NCBI GenBank assembly: GCA_963709005.1
Contig: CAVPUS010000027.1
Coordinates: forward strand, 160,801 to 224,800
Length of the DNA stretch: 64,000 bases
Source: an uncultured Acidobacteriota bacterium
Lineage (GTDB): Bacteria; Acidobacteriota; Terriglobia; Acidiferrales; UBA7541
Direction of reading: 5' to 3'
Below are positions 18,026 through 25,843 of the stretch, in pieces. Position 1 is the stretch's first letter; each line of letters begins with the position of its first letter. The notes beneath the pieces were generated by a model. That model searched no databases and was not told the origin of the DNA. It saw only the letters and a program-made list of their open reading frames with translations. Both the position numbers and the translations under genes were made by a program.

Positions 18026-18815
18026 TACCACCGCGCAGGTGCGCGCCGAGGAGGAAGCCGGCGCGCGGATGTCGTTTTTCGAGCATCTCGTTGATCTTCG
18101 CAAGCGCATCATCAATTCGCTCATCGCCATCGGCGTCGGGATGGTGGTTGGCTTCCTTCTATCGGAACGGCTCGTGGGCTTCATCGTTCGCCCCATGACG
18201 GCCGCCCTTCGCCAGGCGCACCTCGGCGACAAGCTGATTTACACGCACCCCGCCGGGTATCTGAATCTGCTGATCACCTTTGGCGTGTATAGCGGAATCG
18301 TGATGGCCATGCCCGTGGTGCTGTACCAGATCTGGCAGTTTGTCGCGCCCGGACTCTACAAGCACGAACGCCGCGCGGTGACGGGCTTCATTTTTTTCTC
18401 CACCGTGCTCTTTCTCGTGGGCATTGCGTTCGGCTATTTCATCATGTTGCCTTACGTATTGCGGTTCCTCGTCAGTTTCAAGGGGCCGGTCGAACCGCTG
18501 ATCAGCATCAATGAGTATTTCGACCTGATTCTTTTGATCCTGCTCGGACTGGGGCTTGTCTTCGAAACTCCCATTCTGATTTTCTTTTTGGCGCTGTTTG
18601 GCATCGTGACGCCGAAAATGCTGCTGAAGAATTTCCGCTACGCGATGCTGGCCATCACCATTGTAGCCGCGATCGTGACGCCCACGCCCGACGCCACCAC
18701 CATGCTCATCTTCATGGCCCCGATGGTCCTGCTATACTTCGCGGGCGTTCTCGTTTCTTATGTTGTCCTCCGGCGCAAACAATCGCGCGCGCTCGCGAGG
18801 GGAGAGGCGCACTAA
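18003..18815 (+). CDS. tatC: Twin-arginine translocase subunit TatC
   Basis: MSFFEHLVDLRKRI motif, six TM helices and the LYKHERR motif. The start is set at MADSPQ (18003), which overlaps the tatA end. Confidence 0.9.
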   Translation: MADSPQPDTTAQVRAEEEAGARMSFFEHLVDLRKRIINSLIAIGVGMVVGFLLSERLVGFIVRPMTAALRQAHLGDKLIYTHPAGYLNLLITFGVYSGIVMAMPVVLYQIWQFVAPGLYKHERRAVTGFIFFSTVLFLVGIAFGYFIMLPYVLRFLVSFKGPVEPLISINEYFDLILLILLGLGLVFETPILIFFLALFGIVTPKMLLKNFRYAMLAITIVAAIVTPTPDATTMLIFMAPMVLLYFAGVLVSYVVLRRKQSRALARGEAH

Positions 18816-18843
18816 ATTGTCTCGCTGGCACAAACTTTTGTGG

Positions 18844-19854
18844 ATGGGCGCGTCATTTTTCGCGGCTCTTCATTGCGTAGCGTGCAGCCACGGAGCCGCC
18901 CCGTTCAGCTCTGCCGCAAGCGGAACGGCGGGCGCCGTTGCCGCGACCGGCACGCCCAGTGCAACCCCGGCACCGCCTGCTTCGGAATCCGCGCCTCCGG
19001 CCTCGCAAACCGGCGGCTTCGACGGCCAGAAGGCTTACGACTTCACCGCCAAGCTCGTCGCCTTCGGGCCGCGCCCGCCCGCGTCGGACGCCATCCATCA
19101 CACACAGGAATACATTGACGCGCAGTTGCACGGCTTCGGCTGCGCGGTCGAAGACCAGGATTTTCACGCGCAGACGCCCTTGGGCGAAACTGCCATGAAG
19201 AATATCGTCGCAAAGATTCCCGGTACGGGGCAGGGCATCCTGCTGCTGCTCACGCACTACGACACCCTGCGGAAGGGGCATCACGAGCTGAAGGGAAGCG
19301 GCGATTTCGTCGGCGCCGTGGACGCCGGCTCGTCGAGCGGCCTCATGCTCGAAATGGCCCGCATCCTCTGCGCGCAGAAACCGGCCGCCAATTCCGTGTG
19401 GATCGCCTTCGTGGATGGCGAAGAGTCTTTCGTTGATTGGAACACGGACAACGACAACACATACGGCAGCCGCGAGCTCGCCGCGCGCATGGCCGCGTCG
19501 GGCGACCTCAAGCATATCCGCGCCGCGATCCTTGCGGATATGGTCGGGCCAACCAATCTCCGGATCAAGAGGGAAGAAAATTCCACGCCGTGGCTCGCCG
19601 ATCTCGTGTGGAAGACCGCCGCTTCCCTTGGCTACAAGGACTACTTTGTCTCTGAAAGAGCCAACGGGATATCGGACGACCATCTTTCGTTCACTCATCG
19701 CGGCGTTGCAGCGGTTGATATCATCGACCTCAACGACTACCCCTACTGGCACACCACGGACGACACCATGGACAAGGTCAGCCCGCGCAGCCTCGCCGTC
19801 GTCGGCCACGTCATCCTCGAAACCGTGAACGAGCTGCAGAAGAAGCTCCACTGA
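18844..19854 (+). CDS. M28-family zinc peptidase, probable lipoprotein
   Basis: N-terminus MGASFFAALHCVAC (lipobox-like). M28 motifs THYDT, DAGSSSG, FVDGEE and HTTDDT. Confidence 0.8.
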   Translation: MGASFFAALHCVACSHGAAPFSSAASGTAGAVAATGTPSATPAPPASESAPPASQTGGFDGQKAYDFTAKLVAFGPRPPASDAIHHTQEYIDAQLHGFGCAVEDQDFHAQTPLGETAMKNIVAKIPGTGQGILLLLTHYDTLRKGHHELKGSGDFVGAVDAGSSSGLMLEMARILCAQKPAANSVWIAFVDGEESFVDWNTDNDNTYGSRELAARMAASGDLKHIRAAILADMVGPTNLRIKREENSTPWLADLVWKTAASLGYKDYFVSERANGISDDHLSFTHRGVAAVDIIDLNDYPYWHTTDDTMDKVSPRSLAVVGHVILETVNELQKKLH

Positions 19855-19869
19855 ACCGCCCCAGTGGGC

Positions 19870-20030
19870 GTCATTCTGAGCGAAGTCCACGCCGGCCATC
19901 TGTACAGGCCGTCATTCTGAGCGAAGTCCACGCCGGGCCATCCGTACAGGCCGTCATTCTGAGCGAAGTCCACGCCGGGCCATCCGTACAGGCCGTCATT
20001 CTGAGCGAAGCGAAGAATCTCTCTTCGTCC
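19870..20030. repeat. Tandem array of 41/42-nt units (3 full units plus a terminal variant unit)
   Basis: Units lie at 19870-19910, 19911-19952 and 19953-19994. Each reads GTCATTCTGAGCGAAGTCCACGCCGG(G)CCATC(T/C)GTACAGGCC. The last unit (from 19995) reads GTCATTCTGAGCGAAGCGAAGAATCTCTCTTCGTCC and carries a CGAAGA/TCTTCG hairpin. Confidence 0.9.
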
Positions 20031-20122
20031 TTTGCAGAACATCAGATGACGAACCCCTCGAGGCCGCACTTCGAACCGGTCTTGGATATTGGCAACGCGT
20101 CGCCAACCAACACCAACAGCGT

Positions 20123-20164
20123 GTCATCCTGAGCGGACCCGACGAGGCGTCCGCGAAGGATCTC
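20123..20164. repeat. Solo diverged copy of the GTCAT(T/C)CTGAGCG-headed repeat
   Basis: GTCATCCTGAGCGGACCCGACGAGGCGTCCGCGAAGGATCTC. It shares the head motif with the tandem array and carries a GCGGAC/GTCCGC hairpin. Confidence 0.55.
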
Positions 20165-20289
20165 AGCTCCAATGCTTCGCACCTGGCTGATTGGATCCTA
20201 GAGTCAACAGGGCCACACTACTTCCAGTTTGATTCGCACCGCGCCGGGAACTAAGATGTGGCTCTGCGGGTTGTACGCGGAAACGCAAA

Positions 20290-20805
20290 ATGAGCTACGT
20301 AACGAAAAACCTCGTCCCCGGCGAGACGCTTCTCTTCGAGACGCGCCACCACTGGATCGTCCTGCTCGGACCGCTGCTCATCAGCTTGTTGCTCGGCCTG
20401 CCGGGCGCGGCGCTGGTGGCAGGCGCGCTCGCGGGCAAAAGCGGCACGCGCGTGCCTGCATTCAGTTCCGGAATGAACCCCGAAGCAATGGGTGTGCTGG
20501 GTGGCGTCCTGGTGGTCGCTGCGCTGATTATCTTTGGCTACGGGCTTGCCAAGCGCAACGCCACGGAAATGGCCGTCACCAATCGTCGCGTGCTGATCAA
20601 GACAGGCATGGCCAGCCGCCGCACGCTCGACCTGATGCTCTCGAAGGTCGAGAGCATCGGCGTCGAGGAAACTTTCCTTGGACGCATGCTCGGCTGCGGC
20701 TCCGTCATCGTCCGCGGAACCGGCGGCACGCCGGAGTCGTTCGTCAATATCGCCCGCCCTCAGCAGTTTCGCCGCAGCGTCCAGGAGCAAATCGGCCCGC
20801 ATTAG
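20290..20805 (+). CDS. Membrane protein with a bacterial PH domain (bPH_2/YdbT-like)
   Basis: N-terminal LVPGETLLFETRHHWIVLLGPLL, then two TM helices and a PH-like core (VTNRRVLIKTGMASRRTLDLMLSKVESIGVEETFLGRMLGCGSVIV). Confidence 0.75.
   Translation: MSYVTKNLVPGETLLFETRHHWIVLLGPLLISLLLGLPGAALVAGALAGKSGTRVPAFSSGMNPEAMGVLGGVLVVAALIIFGYGLAKRNATEMAVTNRRVLIKTGMASRRTLDLMLSKVESIGVEETFLGRMLGCGSVIVRGTGGTPESFVNIARPQQFRRSVQEQIGPH
20768..20800 (+). repeat. Left copy of a 33-nt direct repeat (inside the 3' end of the PH-domain gene)
   Basis: TTCGCCGCAGCGTCCAGGAGCAAATCGGCCCGC. It matches 21849-21881 at 30 of 33 positions. Confidence 0.85.
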
Positions 20806-21054
20806 CCCCCGCTTTCGTGTTCCATTTGACTCGCGCGTGTCAGGCCGTCCATGGCCTTGCCGGAAGAAAAATTCGATCTTCCACGGGAGGCTCTCCCGCA
20901 TTTCGCTAACTCCTTAATTGTGCTGGGACAATCTGCAAGCTCTATCCTGTCGAGCCCGCTGAAGTCTTGGAAGCTGAGGTGCCTCAGTAAGATGATTCCT
21001 GAATTTTGCTGTTGGTAAATTCGACGAAGGGGGCCCTCTCGGGGCACATCCAAA

Positions 21055-21831
21055 ATGAATGAAACGAACCAAATGAATCGCGGTGGAACGACCCTGTTGG
21101 GATTGCTTCTCGCCCTAGGTCTTATTGTGGGCGGCTGGGCGCTCGGGACCGAGATCAAGGCAACCCGCCTCGGCGACCGTTAGGTGAATGTGCGGGGACT
21201 GGCGGAGCGCAATGTCAAGTCCGACCTTGCCATCTGGCCTATTGACTACAAGGAAACGGGAGATGATCTGCCGTCGCTGTACTCGAAGACCGAGGCTGAC
21301 AGAAAAGTAATCCTCCAGTTTCTCAATCAACAGGGAATCCAGTCCTCCGAAGTCGAACTGGGTGTTGTCAGTGTCGTGGATACCCAGACCAACGAATGCG
21401 GCGGGGATAACCGGCCGCCTCACCGCTATATCGTCAAACAACACATCTCGGTTATGACATCCAATGTCGATCAGGTCGCCGCCGCTGCGCAGAAGACCAT
21501 GCTCCTGATGCAAAAGGGAATCGTCCTGAACAGCAATCCCAACCAGGGGTTGGCCTACAAATTTACCGGGTTGAACTCCATCAAGCCCGACATGATTACG
21601 GAAGCCACCCGGAACGCTCGCGCTGCGGCCGATCGCTTCGCCTCGGACTCGGGTAGCCAGGTCGGATCCATCCGGCAGGCGAGCCAGGGCGTCTTCGCTA
21701 TCTTGCCTGCGAACTCCGGCGGCGACACCGGCGAATCCGATGGAAACGGCTTCTACGGTTCCAACGCCGACAGTAGCCTGATGAAGACCGTCCGCATAGT
21801 AACCTCCGTGCAGTATTACCTGGAGAAATGA
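21055..21831 (+). pseudogene. SIMPL-domain (DUF541) protein gene interrupted by one in-frame TAG at 21181-21183
   Basis: The ATG at 21055 encodes a 42-aa membrane anchor (MNETNQMNRGGTTLLGLLLALGLIVGGWALGTEIKATRLGDR). A TAG follows. The same frame then continues VNVRGLAERNVKSDLAIWPI... to ...VRIVTSVQYYLEK. The downstream part alone is the 21184-21831 ORF, which has a GTG start. Confidence 0.6.
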
Positions 21832-21848
21832 GCTGCCTGGCTTTGAGG

Positions 21849-21881
21849 TTCGCCGCAGCGTTCAGGAACAAATCGGCGCGC
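21849..21881 (+). repeat. Right copy of the 33-nt direct repeat (intergenic, just after the SIMPL gene)
   Basis: TTCGCCGCAGCGTTCAGGAACAAATCGGCGCGC. It would encode RRSVQEQIG in the same register as the PH-domain gene. Two of its three differences are synonymous third-position changes. Confidence 0.85.
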
Positions 21882-22344
21882 TAGTCGGAAACCAACCAAC
21901 TCCCGAGTCAAGCTCCGATAGCGCTTGATTTTAGGTCCACTCCGTGGTATTATGCTTCTGGTTATTATGAAAGCAAAGGACTTACGAGACCCGCTTGACT
22001 GATTTGACGAGAGATGACCCAGACCCCGCACGAGCCTCAGCCCACGCTCCCCGGAGCGTGGGCGATCAGACACAGAAGACCCTCCAGATTCCTAATCGCA
22101 AGATTCCATTATTAGACACCTCGTTAAACTCCTCAAAACAAAGGACATCATTTTTTCTAATCGCAACAACATCGACGATCCGACAAAACGGGGCCTCCCA
22201 GTGTCGCGACAGCGAGTCGAGCCTGGGGGATAGATCGTCGTCCCGAGCGAACATCCTGAGCGAGGGACCTCTCCCACCGCCCCGCCCCACGCTGAGGCGT
22301 CTTAATTCGGGGGCGACCACCCGTCATTTCCAGTTCTTTAGGGG

Positions 22345-22400
22345 GTCGGAGCTTGAGCTCCGACATAAGAGGCCGAAAATACAGGGGGCTTCGGCCCCTG
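22345..22400 (+). repeat. Two-hairpin palindromic repeat unit, copy A
   Basis: GTCGGAGC-TTGA-GCTCCGAC (22345-22364), a 20-nt spacer, then GGGGC-TTCG-GCCCC (22385-22398). It has the same architecture as 30797-30866 and 59253-59312. Confidence 0.7.
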
Positions 22401-22501
22401 AGGAAAACGCTTTACACATTGCCGTGAGAATTAGGGCGCTCCCTGCGGCGCGTCTGCGGCCGAGCTTCGCTCGCACCTGTGTTACATTTTCTCTCTCGAA
22501 C

Positions 22502-23635
22502 ATGACCACGATTCACATACGCAGCGCCGCAGGCACGTACGACGTGCATTTCTCGCGCGGCGCGATTCGCCGCCTGCCGCCGCTCCTCGAGCGCCTGGGC
22601 GATTCGTCCGGCGTGTACGTATTGTCCTCGCCGCGCGTGTGGCGTCATTGGGGCGCGCATGTGACGAAGAATATTCGCGGCTGGCGCAGCAATCGCGCCA
22701 TCCTGTTTGACGATGCGGAGTCCGCGAAGCGCCTCGCGACCGTCGAGCAGATCGCGCAGAAACTCATTCGTGCCGGCGCTGACCGGGACGCGATTCTCGT
22801 CGCGCTGGGCGGAGGCGTCGTCGGCGACGTGGCTGGTTTTGTCGCCGCCACATATCTGCGCGGTGTGCGCCTCGTGCATGTGCCGACCACCCTCGTCGCG
22901 CAAGTGGACAGCTCGATTGGCGGCAAAACGGGCGTGGACTTGCCCGAAGGCAAGAATCTCGTCGGCGCGTTCTATTCGCCGAAGCTTGTCATCACGGATC
23001 CAGATATGCTGCGTACGCTGCCGCAGCGCGAATACCGCTCGGGCCTCTACGAAGTAATCAAGTACGGCGTGATTGGGGATCGCGAGTTGTTCGCATACCT
23101 CGTGCGCCAGATGCCCGCGCTGCTCGGTCGCGACCCGCGCGCGCTCGCAAGGGTGATTCCACGATGCATGCGCATCAAGGCGCGCGTCGCGCAGAAGGAC
23201 GAGCGCGACGGCGGCTTGCGCCAGATTCTGAATTTCGGCCACACGCTCGGACACGCGTTTGAAACGGCAACCAACTATCGCCGCTTTTTGCACGGCGAAG
23301 CGGTTGGCGTCGGAATGTGCGGGGCGACCCTCCTTGCGCTTGTTAGCGATAGGATTTCAGTGAAGGAGGCTGCGGGAATCATTTTTTTGATTCAAAGCGC
23401 TGGCGCCGTCCCCGCGGTCCCCGAGCTGAGCCGCGTCCAACTGCACAAACTTCTTTCCAGCGACAAGAAGTCGCGCAAAGGCTCTGTGAGATGGGTGTTA
23501 CCACTGCGGGTCGGAAAGGCAAGTTGGGGCATCGAGCTTCCGTGGACACTGGTGGCAAAGGTGGCGCGAGCGCTCCCTGTGATGATGAGAGAGGAAAACT
23601 TCGGAATAATGGGCATGAGGAGAGGCCGCAAGTGA
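22502..23635 (+). CDS. aroB: 3-dehydroquinate synthase
   Basis: GGGVVGDVAGFVAATYLRGVRLVHVPTTLVAQVDSSIGGKTG and NFGHTLGHAFE motifs. The start is set at MTTIHIR because the 169-codon upstream extension runs through repeat DNA. Confidence 0.9.
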   Translation: MTTIHIRSAAGTYDVHFSRGAIRRLPPLLERLGDSSGVYVLSSPRVWRHWGAHVTKNIRGWRSNRAILFDDAESAKRLATVEQIAQKLIRAGADRDAILVALGGGVVGDVAGFVAATYLRGVRLVHVPTTLVAQVDSSIGGKTGVDLPEGKNLVGAFYSPKLVITDPDMLRTLPQREYRSGLYEVIKYGVIGDRELFAYLVRQMPALLGRDPRALARVIPRCMRIKARVAQKDERDGGLRQILNFGHTLGHAFETATNYRRFLHGEAVGVGMCGATLLALVSDRISVKEAAGIIFLIQSAGAVPAVPELSRVQLHKLLSSDKKSRKGSVRWVLPLRVGKASWGIELPWTLVAKVARALPVMMREENFGIMGMRRGRK

Positions 23636-24426
23636 TGCGCGCTGCATCGCGACAAGCGCCGCTCTCGGGCACCCGCCCGGAAGGCACGCGTGACGAGCAT
23701 GAAGCCGCCGCGCGCGTGCGCCAGATGTTCACGCGCATCGCGCCGCGCTACGATTTTCTGAATCATTTTCTTTCGCTCTCGATGGATCGCGTGTGGCGCC
23801 GCCGCACCGCGCAGCAGTTCGCGCGCGTCCTGCGGCGTCCGGACGCTCGCATCCTCGACCTTTGCTGCGGCACGGGCGATCTCGCGTTCGCGCTCGATCA
23901 GATGCGCGAGAAGGTGCTGTGCTACGCGGCTGGAACGCGCGCGCGGATTATCGGCAGCGACTTCGTCGAGCCGATGCTGGGGCGCGCGCGGGGAAAAGCC
24001 GCGCAAAGCAACCGTCGCGTTGCTTTTGCCGCCGCCGATGCTTTGGAGCTGCCCTTCGCCGATGCGAGCTTCGATCTCGTAACCTCGGCGTTCGGTTTCC
24101 GCAATCTCGCGAACTACGAACACGGCCTGCGCGAGATCGCTCGCATTCTGAAGCCGGGCGGGGAAGCAGGAATCCTTGAATTCTCGGAGCCGCAAAGTGG
24201 CGTAATGGCTGGCCTGTTCCGGTTCTATTTTCGCCGCATACTTCCGCGCATCGGCGGCGCGATTTCCGGCAGCAGCGAAGCGTACGCATACCTTCCCGGC
24301 TCGGTGGCGAAGTTTCCATCGCCCGTCGCGCTAGTCTCGCTGATGGAGCAGTGCGGCTTCGCGGGCGTTCACTTCATCGCCTGGAATTTCGGCAGCGTGG
24401 TGCTGCATTTGGGACGGCGATCGTGA
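23635..24426 (+). CDS. ubiE: Demethylmenaquinone / ubiquinone-biosynthesis C-methyltransferase (UbiE/MenG)
   Basis: MFTRIAPRYDFLNHFLSLSMDRVWRR and the SAM motif ILDLCCGTGDL. The ATG overlaps the aroB stop (TGATG). Confidence 0.9.
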   Translation: MRAASRQAPLSGTRPEGTRDEHEAAARVRQMFTRIAPRYDFLNHFLSLSMDRVWRRRTAQQFARVLRRPDARILDLCCGTGDLAFALDQMREKVLCYAAGTRARIIGSDFVEPMLGRARGKAAQSNRRVAFAAADALELPFADASFDLVTSAFGFRNLANYEHGLREIARILKPGGEAGILEFSEPQSGVMAGLFRFYFRRILPRIGGAISGSSEAYAYLPGSVAKFPSPVALVSLMEQCGFAGVHFIAWNFGSVVLHLGRRS

Positions 24427-24437
24427 TGGGCTCGTTG

Positions 24438-25826
24438 CTAGTTTTCGAGGCCGAGGCTGCGGATTTTGTGCAGGAGCGTCTTGTAGGAGACGCCGAGTTT
24501 TTCGGCGGCGCGCGTCTTGTTCCACTTCGATTCGCGCAAGGCGTCCTGAATCTTGAAACGTTCGACGTGCGCGACGGCCCGCTGCGAAACCTCGTCGAGG
24601 GGACCTTCCCAGAGAAAGGAATCTTCGATCATGCCGCCGGGGAGCTGCGCGGCGGTGGGCCTTGCCGCGGGGAGTTGCAGCGCGCCGACGTCAATCTCCG
24701 GGCTGTTGGCAAGGATTGCCGCGCGCTCGACGGCGTTTTGCAATTCGCGCACGTTGCCCGGCCACGAATAGGTGCGAAGGCGCGCCTGCGTTTCGCGCGA
24801 CAGCGTCAGCGCGGGTTTGCTGAACTCGCGGCGAAATCGTTCGAGGAAATGTTCCGCGAGGAGCACCACGTCGTCACCGCGGTCGCGCAGCGGCGGAATC
24901 GTAATCGGCACCGCGGAGATTCGGAAAAACAGGTCTTCGCGAAACGTCTTCTCCTCGACGGCCGAACGCAAATCCTTGTTCGTCGCCGTGAGAATCCGCA
25001 CGTTCACTTCGATCACTTGCGTTCCGCCGACGCGCTCGAAGCGCTTCTCCTCGAGGACGCGCAGCAGCTTGCCCTGAATCGCCAGAGGCAGGTCGCCGAT
25101 TTCATCGAGGAACAGCGTGCCGCGGTGAGCCAGTTCGAGCTTGCCCATTTTCCGCGCGCCCGCGCCCGTGTAAGCGCCGCGCTCGTGGCCGAAGAGTTCG
25201 TTTTCCACCAGCCCTTCGGGAATTGCCGCGCAATTCACGGCCACGAAGGCCTGTTCCGCGCGGGGACTGAGGTGATGGATAGCGCGCGCAAAAAGCTCCT
25301 TGCCCGTTCCGCTTTCGCCGAGCAGCAAGACGGTTGAATCCGTGGCCGCCACGCGCTGCGTCATCTGGCTCGCGTCCTTCATGGCAGGATGCTCGCCGAC
25401 GATTTGCGGGAAGCCGTAGCGCGCCGCATATTCCTCGCGCAGCAACAAATTTTCCCGCAGGAGTTCCTGCTGGTGCGCCGCGCGCTCGAGAAGCAGCTTG
25501 AGGTGATCGAGGTCCACGGGCTTCTGGATGAAATCGAAGGCGCCCTCTTTCATCGCCGTGACAGCTTCTTCCACCGAGCCGTAGGCGGTGACGAGAATCA
25601 CGGGAAGGGTGGGTTCCGCTCGCCGCGCTTCGCGCAGCACGTCGAGGCCGGAACTGCCGGGAAGTTTCAGGTCCGTAAGAACGAGCAGGTAGCGGCGGCT
25701 GCGAACTTTCTCGATTGCGGAATTTCCGTCCGGCGCCTCGTCCACCGTGTAGCCGGCGCGCTCGAGCGCTTTGCGGAGCATGGCGCGGAGTTCGGCTTTG
25801 TCTTCGACAAGGAGGACCGGTTCCAT
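24438..25826 (-). CDS. Sigma54-dependent response regulator (NtrC/PilR-type: REC, AAA+, Fis-type HTH)
   Basis: Receiver Asp in LVLTDLKLPG, Walker A GESGTGKE, the sigma54-contact motif GAYTGA and a C-terminal HTH NKTRAAEKLGVSYKTLLHKI. Confidence 0.9.
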   Translation of the reverse strand: MEPVLLVEDKAELRAMLRKALERAGYTVDEAPDGNSAIEKVRSRRYLLVLTDLKLPGSSGLDVLREARRAEPTLPVILVTAYGSVEEAVTAMKEGAFDFIQKPVDLDHLKLLLERAAHQQELLRENLLLREEYAARYGFPQIVGEHPAMKDASQMTQRVAATDSTVLLLGESGTGKELFARAIHHLSPRAEQAFVAVNCAAIPEGLVENELFGHERGAYTGAGARKMGKLELAHRGTLFLDEIGDLPLAIQGKLLRVLEEKRFERVGGTQVIEVNVRILTATNKDLRSAVEEKTFREDLFFRISAVPITIPPLRDRGDDVVLLAEHFLERFRREFSKPALTLSRETQARLRTYSWPGNVRELQNAVERAAILANSPEIDVGALQLPAARPTAAQLPGGMIEDSFLWEGPLDEVSQRAVAHVERFKIQDALRESKWNKTRAAEKLGVSYKTLLHKIRSLGLEN

Positions 25827-25843
25827 GATGGCCTTACCGGGGG

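Noticed and set aside
18826-18842. Sigma54-like motif TGGCAC-N5-TTTG just after tatC.
   Set aside because: The -12 element lacks the essential GC (TTTG instead of TTGC). The motif also ends 2 nt before the M28 peptidase ATG, so it cannot serve that gene.
19870-20030. Possible CRISPR array.
   Set aside because: The units are directly abutting with no unique spacers, there are only about 3.5 copies, and no cas genes are present in the window.
19743-20069. A 108-aa minus-strand ORF reading ...FAQNDGLYGWPGVDFAQNDGLYGWPGVD... through the tandem repeats.
   Set aside because: The peptide periodicity simply mirrors the 41/42-nt DNA repeat. The ORF overlaps the 3' end of the M28 peptidase gene. Such ORFs are the usual artefact of this repeat family.
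21995-22501. A 169-codon N-terminal extension of the aroB ORF in the ORF track.
   Set aside because: The extension runs through repeat and hairpin DNA with low-complexity translation. Conserved AroB sequence begins at MTTIHIR (22502).
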